Shown here: piece by piece, positions 14,020-27,432 of the stretch
Layout of the letters: each line of letters begins with the position of its first letter
Numbering within the stretch: the stretch's first letter is position 1
DNA from: the human T2T-CHM13v2.0 reference genome, Homo sapiens
DNA length: 64,000 bases
Reading direction: 5' to 3' (one strand)
NCBI RefSeq assembly: GCF_009914755.1
Contig: NC_060941.1
Translations under genes and position numbers: made by a program
Notes under the pieces: generated by a model
What the model was told of the DNA's origin: nothing
The model's database searches: none
The model's input: the letters and a program-made list of their open reading frames with translations, nothing else

Positions 14020-14420
14020 ATTTAATTTTATGTCTGTTTTATTCCTTTCTGCTTTGGGGTTTATTATTCTTTCCACTTTCCTTTCACTAAATAATTTGTA
14101 CCCCTTCTAGGTTATTTAAGTAGAGACTTAATTCCCAGTTTTTCTTCTTTCTTACTAATAGATGCCATCATGAGCAACAGTTTTTCTTTAAGTACCAGCG
14201 TGACAGCATCCTATAAATTTATATGATATGCTGTGTTTACATCCTTGTTCTTTAAATACTCTGTTCTGAATATCTTCCCTTTCCATGGCATTATTTAGGA
14301 GTGTTTTTAACTTCTAAGTGACTGGATAACCCCTTCTTGTTTATTTCTAACTTCATTGAACGAACTGTAGTGTTAGAATACATAAAGCAGAATGTTTCTG
14401 TCTTTTCTTATTGAATAAAT
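14020..14420 (-). mobile_element. Old L1M ORF2 fragment
   Basis: T-rich antisense L1: ttcttaagtaccagcgtgacagcatcctataaattt...ttatttaggagtgtttttaacttc. Confidence 0.6.
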
Positions 14421-14594
14421 GTCTTTGCATCATAGTAAGTAAAAAATCTATCCATAAAGATTTCCTGAAAAATCTATCTATAAAAACTCACTGGTCAAGT
14501 ACAAGATTTGGGTGTTGGGTGTTGTGTGTTGCTGCTCTACCCCAGCCCTCATCAAAAACAAACAAACAGACAGACAAACAAATCACCCTTAACA

Positions 14595-14740
14595 AAGGCC
14601 ATAAAGAGCAGGTCTTTGGAGTTGAACCTGGCTGGGCTTCTAACTTGCTCTGTGCAGCCTTAGACAAATAATTCACCTCCTCGGAGTCCATTCTTTTGCC
14701 TAGGGAAATCATGAGTGAAGACAGGCATGTACTGGACACT
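14595..14740 (+). mobile_element. MIR
   Basis: tgtgcagccttagacaaataattcacctcctcggagtccattcttt. Confidence 0.55.
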
Positions 14741-15329
14741 TGATCTTAGTAGCATCCTCTAGGCAGTGTTTGCCCTGCAGAACCAGCTGGGTTATTTAGA
14801 GGAGTGAAGACACAGAGAGGTTTAGAAGGAGGCACAGTCCTCAGTATCCCAGGTCCCTGGTGTGCATCACAATCTTTCAATAAAATGGAGCTGATCATGG
14901 GTATGAAAATTGTTGGTGGAAACAGACATAAGGGTTGTGCCTACTTAGCTGCTATTTGGCGCATAGAAGAGTCTGAGCATCTTTCCCCTCTTTCTTTCCC
15001 TATCCAGTTCTTCTTTATTATTTTAAAAACTCAGCTCAGAGTCAATTCCTCCAGGAAGTATCTGCCCATTCTCTCCCCAGCCCCTATTCCACAGCATTGA
15101 CTCCTGTACACACAGATCAGCTTGTGTTATTTCCATCGTCATTACCTGATGCCTCATCCCTCTCCACAGCTGTACTCAGCTTCTTAATGGCAAGTACTGA
15201 GAGTTATTTAGAGGAGAGAGAACAAGAGAGAGAAGGATACCCAATATCCCGCACCAACTGTTGAGTAGGGCAATTAATTGAAGAACATGGAGATAGTATG
15301 CATATTGTCAAAAATATGTGATACTTTTC

Positions 15330-16430
15330 CAGCAAATATTTATGGTGTATCTGCTATGTGCCAAGCAGTGGACATACAGGAGTGAACAACAGGGTCATGA
15401 TTCCTCTGTGGGAAATATGGATTTCCCAAGAAGGTGATGGAGGCCCAGTCATGGGTGAAATACAGGGTGCTGGAGAGCACTTAGGTCTAAGCACCTCTTC
15501 TCCCATTGAAAGGGTGGACCAGCTGTCCAGGATATGGCTTTTAGCATGAGACCGCAAAGATAAGGAGTTAGCAATGCCTGGAAAGGGACAGGAAGAAGAC
15601 TGTTCCAAGCAGAGAGAACAGCAGGTGGAACACCAGAGAACATGTGAGTGCAAGAAAACGAGTGATGTGGCTGGATGTTAGGCAGTGAAGGAGCACAAAG
15701 AGAAACAAGCAGCACCAGACCAGACAGAAACTTGGTTTTGTTTTGTTTTTTTGTTTTGAGACAGGATCTTGCTCTGTTGCCCAGGCTGGATGCAGTGGCA
15801 GCATCAGGGCTTATTGAAGCCTCAAACTGGGCTCAGGTGATCCTTCTGCCTCCAGCCTCCCGAGTGGCTAAGGCTGCAGGTGCATACCACCACGCCTGGC
15901 TAATTTTTGTATTTTGTTGTAGAGACAGAGTCTCACTATGTTGTCCAGCCTGGTCTCGAACTCCTGAGCTCAAGCAATCCTGCCACCTCAGCCTCCCAAA
16001 GTGTTGGGACTACAGATATGAGCCACCATGCCAGGCAAATAGGAACTTGTGAACCATGCCAAGGGGCTTGGAGTTTAAGAACAAGAGGGTCTTGCCAAAG
16101 AGTTCGTGCAGTAAACCTAAACGAGAAATGGTGGTGGCCAGAGTAAGGGTGGGGGCTGGGGGTGTGGGTAGGAAGGGGTGAAGAGAGATGTCGAGGAGGT
16201 AGATACATGGACTTGGTGATTGATTGGTCAGGGGTGAAGAGAGAAGGACAGTCCAGGTGGTCCAGGACTTCAGTGGCATCCTTCACCAAAGGGAAAGGAA
16301 GACATTCCTTTGATGATGGTTGCAGGGATGGGTGGAGATGGAGGCGAACTAGATTCAGGCTAGTCACATTCCATATGTCTTTGGGACATGTGAAGGAGAC
16401 AACATTCAACAGGCAGTTGACTGTGTAACA
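15330..16430 (-). mobile_element. L2 fragments around an AluJ
   Basis: cagcaaatatttatggtgtatctgctatgtgccaagc start; ctttgggacatgtgaaggagac...aggcagttg. Confidence 0.65.
15735..16036 (-). mobile_element. AluJ-like
   Basis: gagacaggatcttgctctgttgcccaggctgg...ctcctgagctcaagcaatcc...gagccaccatgccaggc. Confidence 0.95.
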
Positions 16431-16590
16431 GTAATAACAAAAACTCAACTAAGCCCTCACAATAACCTCAGGAGAAATGAAACTAAGGTACAGAGAAGTT
16501 GAGTAACTTGCTCAAGGTCACACAGCACATAGTGGCAAAGGCAGTTCCATACACAGACATTCAGGTTCCAGAGCTCATGTGAGGGCTCTG
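16430..16590 (-). mobile_element. MIR
   Basis: gaaactaaggtacagagaagttgagtaacttgctcaaggtcacacagc. Confidence 0.8.
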
Positions 16591-16745
16591 AAACTCAGGA
16601 GAGAGCCAGCCGGGTCCACATGTGGCTAACTCACCACCGAAGCCACAAAAACAAGAATGATGAGTGAGGGGAACGAAGGGGCTAGGCAGAACTTGAGGAA
16701 CACCAATGCTAGAGGCCTGGGCTGGGACAGGAAGCCAAAAAAAGA

Positions 16746-17999
16746 GCTACAATAATCTGATCTTCGACAAAGCTGACAAAAACAGCAATGGGGAAAGGAT
16801 TCCCTAGTCAATAAACGGTGCTGGGGTAACTGGTTAGCCATATGCAGAAGACTGAAACTGGACTTCTTCCTTACACCATACACAAAAATCAATTCAAGAT
16901 GGATTAAAGACTCAAATGTTAAACCCCAAACTATAAAAACTCTGGAAGACAACCTAGGCAATACCATCCTGGACATAGGAACTGGCAAAGATTTCATGGC
17001 AAAAATGCCAAAAACAATCGCAACAAAAGCAAACATTGACAAGTGGGATCTAATTAAACTAAAGCGCTTCTGCACAGCAAAAGAAACGATCAACAGAGTA
17101 AACAACTTACAGAATGAAAGAAAATTTTTGCAAACTATGCATCTAAGAAAGGTCTAATATCCAGCGTCTGTAAGGTACTTAAATAAATTTACAAGAAAAT
17201 AAACCAAACAACCCCTTTAAGAAGTGGACAAAGGACATTAACAGACCCTTTTCAAAAGGAGATATACATGTGGCTAACAAGCATATGAAAGAAAAATCTC
17301 AGCATCACTGATCATTAGAGAAATGCAAATAAAAACCACAGTGAAATACCATCTCAAACCAGTCAGAATGGCTGTTTTTTAAACATCAATAAAATAAGAT
17401 GCTGGCAAGGTTGTGGAGAAAAGGGGATGGTTATATACTGTTGGTGTGAGTGTAAATAAGTTCAACCATTGTAGAAAGATGTGTGGCGATTCCTCAAGGA
17501 GCTAAAAGCAGAACTACCATTCAACTCAGCAATCCCATTACTGGGTATATATTCAAAGGAATATAAATTGTTCTACCATAAAGATACCTGCATGTGTATG
17601 TTCACTGCAGCACTATTCACAATAGCAAAGACATGGAATCAACCTAAATGCCCATTAATGGCAGACCTTTGCAGGAACATGGATGGAGCTGGAGGTCATT
17701 ATCCTTGGCAAACTAACACAGGAATGGAAAACCTCTGCACATTCTCACTTATAAGTGGGAGCTAAATGATGAGAACACGTGGACATAAAGAGGGGAACAA
17801 CAGACACCAGGACCTACTTGAGGGTGGAGATTGGGAGGAGGGAGACGACCAGAAAAAATAACTATTGGGTACTAGGATTAGTACCTGGGTGATGAAATAA
17901 ATCTATGTAACAAACCCCTGTGACATGTACACAGTTTACCTATATAACAAACTGCACATATACCCCTAAAGCTAAAATAAAAGTTTATTTTTTAAAAAA
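16746..17999 (+). mobile_element. 5'-truncated older primate L1 (L1PA15/16-like): ORF2 3' part plus 3' UTR
   Basis: atctgatcttcgacaaagctgacaaaaac...; ORF 17481-17765 (WRFLKELKAELPF...TIAKTWNQPKCP) is the ORF2p C-terminus; ~70-bp internal deletion near 17666; aataaa at end. Confidence 0.95.
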
Positions 18000-19974
18000 C
18001 GAAAGTAAGTATGTAGTCAGAGAAAAGGGTTTCTATTAAATAGAAAAAAAGCTTAATTAGAAATTTAAAAACAATCATCTCTGTGGAGTGATGGGGTGAA
18101 ATCCTTAAGGCAACGAGTTGAGAAGTCAGTTGAGATTGAAGGAACCAGACAGCAAGGATAGTCCAGAGTTAGTGAAGGGGAGATGAAAGAAGGCAGCAGC
18201 TAGAAGTAGCTGCAGGGTTAAAAGAGAGTTTTATAATAACGAAGACAGTAGATTATATTAAGTATTGATGGGAAGGAGCCAGTAGAGATGAGTTTGAGGC
18301 TCCAGGACAGAGCCTGTATAATCAGGAGAGTGAGGTTCCTTCCTGACTAGGCTCCAGGAGGAATAGATCCACACATGTGCAAGGATCCCAGTGTGACCGG
18401 GAGGAGAAACGAAAGACAGGGTTGGGAAGAGAATGGGGATGGTGGAAGCACCAGAGGATCCCCAGCCTCACTGAGCTTGGACGCTGCACACTTTCTGCAG
18501 CAGCAGTTCATGCGGCTGTGTGATCTTCCTTTGAGAGTGCTGAGCAGCCCAGGTGTGACTGAGGCGGTGCTGGACATTTGGATAGATTCTGATCTGGGGC
18601 TTTGCTAGGAGAGCAAAACCAAAGGACAGTGAGCCAAGGGAATTGAAAATACTGGCACTGAAGTGGTGGAAAGCATGTTCTGTGAGCTCCAGACTGACTG
18701 AAGGAGCTGTGAATCTTCTATTGTCATCCTCTGCCCAACCCATCACCCTCCCACCAACATATTTACCACGGGACTTTTAGAGTACAGTCAAGATTCCCTT
18801 TTGGTTTTCTCTCTCTCTGGATATCGAAACCAATTTCCTGGGATGGGGGTGGGGGAAGGCTGGAGAAAAATGACATTACAGAGAAGGATCAGCCTTGGGA
18901 CATTCCCCAGGCCAGACTCATTTGAAGAAAACTTGAGTTTTTCCCTTGTCTAAAGCTCTGAGGTCTTTGGGGAGCTTTCCAGCTCTGGTCTAATTGTAAT
19001 CCCTAAGTACATATGCTATGTTCCAAAGTCAATATATAGAGTTAGTGCAATACCAATGTAAATTCTTCTGAGTCCTTTAATAGAATTTGACAGCTCTGAG
19101 TGTAGGATGCTTATTCTTCCAGGTAAAGAACCATCAAAGCATTTGTCTTTTAATGGCAGTGATAGCTGATCCCTCCTGAGTGATTAAGATGTGAATTGTC
19201 AATCACTGAAACCATCCTGTACTGAGTTAAAAACCACAAAGGTCACCAGAAGAGAGATTCCTGAGATGGATTTGAATTCTGGCAAAACCAACGTTAGGCC
19301 AGCCAAGGAGCATATTGGAGAAAGAGATTGGTATTTAATAAGCTAACAGTTGGCTAACAGGCCAGGGGAGAGTTAATTTAAATTCATACAGCATACCTGT
19401 CAAGTTCAGCTATATCGTACTGCTAATCTGTGACAAACCTGGAGACAAGGAACTGGCATTGTTACCCCTGCTGCTGATAAGGAGATAAATTCCTGGCTAT
19501 TGAAGAAAAAGATACCATCAGGGCTCTGATAGATGGGTTCAAATATGTGAGAATGAAAATGTTTGCATTGCAATGTAATAAAAATAAATACCAAAAGGAA
19601 AGCTACGGCATCCGTTACGTCTGTCTCATTCTCCCTCCCAGGCCTGCTTACTGCCCAAAACAGATAATGGATAGGCCGTTATGTGATTCTTCCTGATAAG
19701 TGGTCAAAGGAGATGAACAAAATTAAACCAGGAAATGGAGATAGTAAATCACCACGTGGAAATAGGCGCGGTCTTGCCAGCTATAAAATACAATTTAGAT
19801 CCAGGCAACTTTCAGGTCCTGTTACATGCCTACTAAAGCCACAAAAATAAGTATGATAAAACCCAGGATAGGCAGCCAGTGGAAACACATCCTTCAGCAT
19901 TGCCTTTTAGAAAGACTGGACAAATTTCCATAAGCAATCAGGCAACATGAATGAGAGCCACACTGCTGTTGAGA

Positions 19975-20200
19975 GGCTCTGACCCGGTAATTCCTTCTTT
20001 GGTTAAAAAAAAATCCTACAGTGTTAGCTCCAAAGAAAGAAAAACACATCTATAGCAGCATTATTTCTATAATAACTATAAATTGCCAACAACACAAAGG
20101 CCAAACAAGAAGGGGCTGACCAGGCAAAGGGAAATGTGTTAACACAATAGAATAACACTGTGCTACTATACATGACTAATACGGGGGGCGTGGTAGGTTC
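19975..20200 (+). mobile_element. Old L1ME-like 3' fragment
   Basis: tgacccggtaattccttct...atagcagcattatttctataata. Confidence 0.5.
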
Positions 20201-20344
20201 TGGAAACAGTTTTATGAAATATGCATAGTCATCATTAGTGTGCATATCCAAGGCCTTCCTGGATATTGATAAAGAAGAGACTTTGGATGGGGCTTAATTC
20301 ACTTAATGTTCATTAAGGTTTCATGATAGGCTGGATGCTAATTT

Positions 20345-20660
20345 TAGTCATTCATTCAACATTCATTGAGTGTTGACCACACACCAGATGCTAAGGATAT
20401 TAAGATGAGAAAGAAATGCTTCCTACTGCGGAGGGCTCTGTTGTCAAATGAGAAGATAGACAGACAGACAGACACACACACACATACGCAAAATGATCAA
20501 GTGTGGGAAGAGGTATAGATAGGGTGTCATATAGAAAGGGGAGGGGGCCTAGACGTCACTACAGATCTTCATATGCAGGATTAGGATAAGTCACAGGTGG
20601 GGCAAACATGGAGGAGAACATTGTTCTAGGGAGAGGGAATGGCATTGCACAGGCTGTGAC
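20345..20660 (-). mobile_element. L2 fragment
   Basis: tcattcattcaacattcattgagtg...acattgttctagggagagggaatggcattgcac. Confidence 0.7.
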
Positions 20661-20674
20661 CGTATAGATCTGGG

Positions 20675-20696
20675 GTGTGTTTGTGTGTGTGTGTGC

Positions 20697-20730
<34 letters not shown>
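20675..20730 (+). repeat. (TG)n microsatellite
   Basis: Near-pure gtgtgt run. Confidence 0.95.
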
Positions 20731-20731
<1 letters not shown>

Positions 20732-22327
20732 CTCCATCCCAATAGATCTGCAGTCTATAGCCTAGGATACTTCTTTCATGGGACCCAGAACCCAGTGGCT
20801 GCCTTCCCAGAACCAACTCACCCCTGACATTTCCCTTCACTACCACCCTCCCACAAACCGCTCCTCCCCCGTTCCTCTGCCACGCGCAGCCTCACTTCCT
20901 TGCTGAAATCATGCAAGGCCGTTTGCCCTGGGTAAAAATGCTCATGTTGTGCCGTATGCTGTGTGAATAGAATTATTCTGAAGGCTGGTTTAAACTGGAA
21001 AGGATTCTTGTTATTTTATATAGTTCATATCTTATTCATTGCAGAGTGTTCTTTCCTGAAAGAACACTTTCATATCAGAAAGGAGACGTAGAGCCTTAGG
21101 TGAAATTTCCCTGTTACTGGTTTCCTGAAAGTGCTGGATATGGAAACTGTTGTTAATAAATTGAGTAAAGTGGGGAAAGTAAATGCAGGAATGCAAGCCC
21201 CCAGCTCAAGTTCATATTAACCAATAGGTGGTGTGCGGAGTGTCGTGAGTAAGAAATCATGGCAGCAGGTAGCCACAAGTTGCCATTTGAATGTTGATGT
21301 TTTGAAAGCTGTGGGTGCTATTATAGCTTAACATATAGTTTGATTTGACGATGTGTAGCTTAGCATTTAGAACGTAGTGTATGCAAGAGAGGAAAACTGG
21401 AAGCTTCGGAAAGGGAACGAGGACATGAATCAAGAGGTTCTCAGGTAAGAATGACAAAGGAAGAGGCTTAGTGGAATGGTGTGATTACCAGCACATCAGC
21501 ATGAACTCATGACTTTGAAAACAAATCCCTCTCTCTGCTGAGATGACCTAAGCTGCCGATAGCATTGCCTAGCACATAACCAGGAAGCAAGCAAAGCAAT
21601 CCAAATGAAAGCAGCCCTCCCTCACTGCCATTCTCAGAAGACCAGGAATAGATTCAGGGGAGAAATCGGAGTCAGAAGCCTTTCATGGTTGGAGAGATAT
21701 AATGTTTTATGAGACCAATAATGCTTTGGGGGGCCATGTTGCACAGAAGTGGGGGTGAGAGGTGCCCACCTAAGAAGCTAGCCCCCACTTGTGGAAGTTG
21801 TCACGCAGCAACAAGTAGAACTTCACCTTGAGCAACAAGGCAATAATTATTGCCAGCTGAATGGGCTAAGAGTCTGTGAAAGATACTTGAATCTGAGATG
21901 ATCCTTTGGAAATGAACGTTAATGTGAAGTGAGCTGCCAAGATTGAGTAACAACAGCTGAAGTGTTGTTAACCGAAGTCAGAAAATGCTATACATTGATC
22001 ACACTGTGTTATCAGAAATCCATCCTCCAGTTTCAGTCTGTCTCTGAGTGACAAATCACACTTTCTCTCACCCTACAAGCCTCAGACCTCCTGAGCAGTT
22101 GGGTTGAAATTTCATAATGTATCCAGATGATTCTATCATGATGTCTGCAGGTTATGTGTAGTGTTTGTGTGTGAGGAGCAAAAAGTGGGGTGCACTGATC
22201 CAAAAATTCTTCTCCAGGGCTTATGCCCCTTGCCTTTGCCTTGGGAGTGATTCTTGGTAACCAGGGGAGGGCCTTGTACCCGGACTTGAGGGACGGCTGG
22301 AGAGGAGTCTCAATGGGAGGCCCACCC

Positions 22328-22389
22328 AGCCAACCATGAGAGACCCTGGTACACATGTTATCAGTATTCTCTCTAATATGCCAGCCCAG
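22328..22389 (+). repeat. Local duplication, direct copy of 24740-24840
   Basis: agccaaccatgagagaccctggtacacatgttatcagtattctctctaatatgccagcccag. Confidence 0.9.
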
Positions 22390-22529
22390 TTGCAATGGCA
22401 GATGATCAATGGATTGCTTGGCTGCCTGGCCACCCTCTAGCCCACACCTTTCTTCTCTGGACATGGACTCATACTTTCCCTTCTCCCCTTGGAATGGTCC
22501 CTTTTCATTCAGGCTTGGAATTTGGATTG

Positions 22530-23316
<787 letters not shown>

Positions 23317-24011
23317 GATGGCAAACAGTTTAAACTGTGGCCATCAGCTTTGACTCTGACTGAATCCTTCTTTGCTGTGACCATTAGAAACATGATGCTA
23401 TTATACACTTGGGTCTCGCCAGCCAGGGAGAATTGGTGGCTGTTTGAATGGCAGCCTCCTCGGGCTACAGAAAGAAAAACATGGTGTCACACAAAATGCT
23501 GTAGGAACTACAAGACAAGAAGATCCATCCATGTGCTACCTGGGCTATGATCTGCTAGGCCCATATGAGCTGCACGCTGTCCCAAAGGTCAAGACCAGCT
23601 CTGAGTGACTGGGCAGCAGAGACAGGGAAGGCAGCTTGCTGGGAGGCCCACCCAGCCAGCTCAACAGCAGGTGCCATTTTGCTTGTGGCTGGCGTATAGA
23701 GTTCTCTTCTTAGAAAGGGACCATTTCAGTTAAATGTAATAAATATCCTCTTAAGTAACACATAGTTGAAATTCTTATTTTGCTTTCAGGGCCTGAAATT
23801 GGTTAACAGAACAATTCACATAAGTCACAAAGTAGGGGATAACTCAGTACCTGGACTGGAGCCAAATTCCCCTGGAGCTGTGCAGCATTTTAGAGAGGAG
23901 ACCTGGGTAGCCTTTATGGGGACTTCTCTTTGGGATAGGAGGGGGATGTGTTTGCAGGACTCTTCAGGTCCAAAATGCTGTGCTTCTGAGACAAGAGTCT
24001 TTCCCCAAATA

Positions 24012-24575
24012 GAGCGGCAGCTGTTGTTTTGTGTTTCCTTCTCCCTCCAGGATCCATTCCCTTTTCTTGTAACTAATGCCCCACACACGCTTTGCAGGAA
24101 TCACCTCTCCTAACCTATGGGCTCTGGGACAAATGAGCTAACCCCAGCTCCACGCACAAAGTATTTTATCCAAGCTCTCTGAGCTTAAGGTGAGGCCATG
24201 TCTCTGGTGATTGATTATTTCAGGAGAGAGTGAGCAATCTAAGTTAGTCCAATCGGAGTGAATTCTGGGGCTTATGTAGGAGGTACCAGAGAGAAAACTT
24301 TGCTCTTTTCTGCAGGCCTGGAAACAGGCACGCTGAAACTGATCTACAACCATTTTGCCAGTATGTAGGGCTTGAGGATTGAGCCAACAGAACCAGGCTG
24401 AGAGGCAGTATAAATCCAGGCCCTGATCACATTACTTAAGCACATGGATCCAGTTACACCTGAAGCTAGAGACTTTTCAGGTTATTGAACCAATACATTT
24501 CATTTTTAATCAATATAATTTTGGAGGTAATTTTTTTTTCACTCACTTTCAGTGGAAAGAGTGTCCTGGCTAATG
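24012..24575 (+). mobile_element. ERVL LTR (LTR16/LTR33-like)
   Basis: gtccaatcggagtgaattctggg...tggatccagttacacctgaagctagagacttttcaggttattgaaccaatacatt. Confidence 0.6.
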
Positions 24576-24685
24576 GGACAAATTTTAATGGAATTGTCTT
24601 GGGAAAGAACTCATGGGTTCTAAGGGAGTAAGTGAGAATAAGAAATCATCATAGACTTCAGGAAAGGTTGCAGAAAGAGGAAAGG

Positions 24686-24840
24686 GGATCTGTTAGCTCT
24701 CTGCCTAGGACCCCCACAAGCCTGGGTCAACCATGGCAGAGCCAACCATAAGAGACCCTGGCACACATGTTACCACTATTCTCTCTAATATGCCAGCCTG
24801 TAGACATGTTAAAAGTATTCTCTCTAATATGCCAGCCCAG
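24686..24840 (+). repeat. Local duplication hub: left arm of inverted repeat plus 40-bp tandem duplication
   Basis: 24686-24770 is ~89% identical to the reverse complement of 25857-25940; acatgtta...tattctctctaatatgccagcc occurs twice. Confidence 0.9.
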
Positions 24841-24844
24841 GAAA

Positions 24845-25230
24845 ATTATCCTAAACATTCAAAGCCATCTTACATGAAGCTGTTCTTTGAAGCATTGCGT
24901 GTAACAGTGAAAAATTGAAAACAGTCTAAATGTCCAACAATCAGGGGTCGGTTCAGTGAGCTTGTTGCCTTCAGAACAGCATTTATGAAGTACGTGTAAT
25001 AACATGGAAAACACTTATGATAGTGTGAGTGAAATCAGGATATGGAGAATTTGTACAGTCAGTATGAACTCAACTATGTGAAAAAGGGGGAAAAAGAATT
25101 ACAAGCAGGCAAAACAAAGAAAAGTAAATGTACCCAAAAGTTAATGCTTGGCAAGCGGGATAATTTTTTCTTTCTACTTTGCTTTATTTTCTAAACTTTT
25201 GTAAGTGTTATTTTTACAATGGAATAAAAT
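24845..25230 (+). mobile_element. Old L1ME-like 3' fragment
   Basis: aacagtgaaaaattgaaaacagtctaaatgtccaacaatcaggg. Confidence 0.65.
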
Positions 25231-25856
25231 TCTGCGTAATGTTAGCTGTTGGCGATGTTGTACACAGACAGTGTAATGTACGTGGATGGATAGTTTTTGA
25301 AGTAAAGGAGGAATGAGGGTGTATGACTGCTCCTCTGCCAGGCATCCAATCGGGTTCCAGGTGTTTCACTGTAGCTGGATGACCTGTGGCAAATCCATTT
25401 GTCTCTCCAGACCTCAGCACTCTCCTCTGTCAATGAAAAGGCTTCAGAATAGATGTCCCAGAAACAGACCCAAATAATATCATAATGTCCAGGTTCTGCC
25501 CCCGCATACTCAGCCTTGTACTTGCCCAAGGAATTCACCTCTCTGAACTTCAGTCCCATTCATGGGGACCATCTCCCCACTTTGCCCTGCCTGTGGGGAC
25601 ACACTCTTTAAGCTGTAAATCACTATACATAGCTGGGAGTTTGTCTTGTTAGCCATGCTGCTCCCGCTCAGGCCTGCCTCAGCCCATCTGCTGTCATTTC
25701 TGCCCACTCTAGTTAAGCCATCTGCAAATAGCAAGAGAGTGTTCTCTCTGATGGCTCTTGGGGCTGCGCCCTTTCTGCTTTTTCTGTGGCAAAGCCTGTT
25801 TGCCCTCTCTCCAGAAACACGGCTGGGCAGACAGGAGCCCTGAACAGCTCCCTCAG

Positions 25857-25940
25857 ACATGTACCAGGCTCTCTCATGCTTGGCTCTGCCATGGTTGACC
25901 CAGCCTTGTGGGGGGTCCCAGGCAGAGGGCTAACAGCTCC
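25857..25940 (-). repeat. Right arm of ~84-bp inverted repeat
   Basis: Reverse complement reads ggagctgttagccctctgcctgggaccccccacaaggctgggtcaaccatggcagagccaagcatgagagagcctggtacatgt. Confidence 0.9.
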
Positions 25941-26189
25941 TTGGGAGTCCACAGCTGTATGGTCCAATACAGTCCATAGATTTCAGCAGTGGTCTTGATG
26001 ACCCATGCCCCGAAGCACTGCCTTCTCTAAGTGGATAGACTTGTTCTCATTTCATTAAAGACCCAGGTCCTGGGAAGAGAAAGTGGCCCCTACTAGCTGA
26101 TCACTGAGGCACTGAGTCATGACAATCTGGCTGCAGAATCCACTCCTCAAGGGGGTTCAGGATTAGAATGTGCAAGAACATAGGAGGTG

Positions 26190-26335
26190 AGAGCCTGAGA
26201 GGCCTTTGGAGACAATCTGGTCCACCTGCTCCTGGGACAGATGGAGAAACCAAAGCCAGAAAGAGCTGTGATGTGCCCTAGGTCACATAGCTGTCAGCAG
26301 CAGAGTTCAGACAGAAGCCCATCCTCCTGCCTGAC
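26190..26335 (-). mobile_element. MIR
   Basis: acagatggagaaaccaaagccagaaagagctgtgatgtgccctaggtcacatagct. Confidence 0.7.
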
Positions 26336-27033
26336 CCCTACCCCTGGCTTGTGCACACAACCCAATCATTACCTCTGTCTGAGAGGGTAGGAGGAGGAAG
26401 GCCCAGCAGAGGCCCAGAGAGGCCAGATCATCTCTCCAGGCCTCCGTGCCTTGGAAGGGAGAGTTCTCGTGTCTCCTTATCCCTACCCATAGCCCTTGGC
26501 CCTATTGTCTCCAGTGCTTCCTGAAGACTGGGATTATGGGAGGCAAAGCACTGGGCGGGTTGCTCTAGACATCTGCCCCTGGGTCTTTATGGCAGCCTCT
26601 CCTCTGGCCTCTCTGAGGCAAGACTATTCTTCCTCATCCTGTTTGCCCGGAGCCTGCCGGGCACAAGGTGGCCATAGATTCTATCTTCCAAACTGGGACA
26701 CATTGAAGCCCAGAGGGGACTCAATGAATAGTTATGCGGGAACACCTTGTGTAAACTGAGGCTGCCCCAGATACACCTGGACCTGTGCTTTTCCTGGCCA
26801 AGCCAGGTTCTTTTGTGACATGATTTGAGTAATGTTTCCATCATCTATTTTTTCATCCCTCTTCTTTCTACCTGGCTAATCTCTACTCGTCCTTCAAGAC
26901 AAGTTGAAACCTCACAGTTTCTAAGAATTATAGCCTTCCTTTCCGCCCAAAAACAAGTTTAATTCCTTTTGCCTCTGCATCCAAACGGCTTGGCTAATAC
27001 CTTTATTATAGCACCTGACACCTTTTCTCGGAT

Positions 27034-27244
27034 CACAGCTTCTCAACCCTGGCACTTATTGACATTTTGGGCCAGATAATTCCTTGTTGCAGGAAGATGT
27101 CCTGCGCATCACAGAATCTTTTGTAACATTCCTGGCCTCTACCCACCAGATGCCAGTAGCAACCCACCCTACCCCCATCTGATTGTAACAACTGAAAAAA
27201 TGTCTCCAGATACTAACCAAATCATCCCCAGCTGAGAGCCACTG
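27034..27244 (+). mobile_element. MER20 (hAT-Charlie) inserted in an L2 tail
   Basis: ttctcaaccctggcacttattgacattttgggccagataattccttgttg...cccagctgagagccactg. Confidence 0.85.
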
Positions 27245-27432
27245 TCTAAATGTTGTGTTTGTGCGTCTTTTTTTACACTATGTGGTGATTTCTGAGAGAG
27301 TATTTTATCATCTTCTGTGCTTGTCAGTTCCCAGCACATAGTAGGTGCTTAGTAGAAACTGTCTGCTGAATGAATGAGTGACTTGAACAAGAAGAAACGC
27401 AGAAAGGTGGCTAGGGTGCCAGCTCGGTTGGA

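Noticed and set aside
16626-17105. 159-aa hydrophobic ORF
   Set aside because: Antisense frame of L1 ORF2.
24686-25940. Interpretation as a novel TIR DNA transposon
   Set aside because: No TSD, no recognisable TIR terminus or transposase, and part of the arm recurs in direct orientation at 22328.
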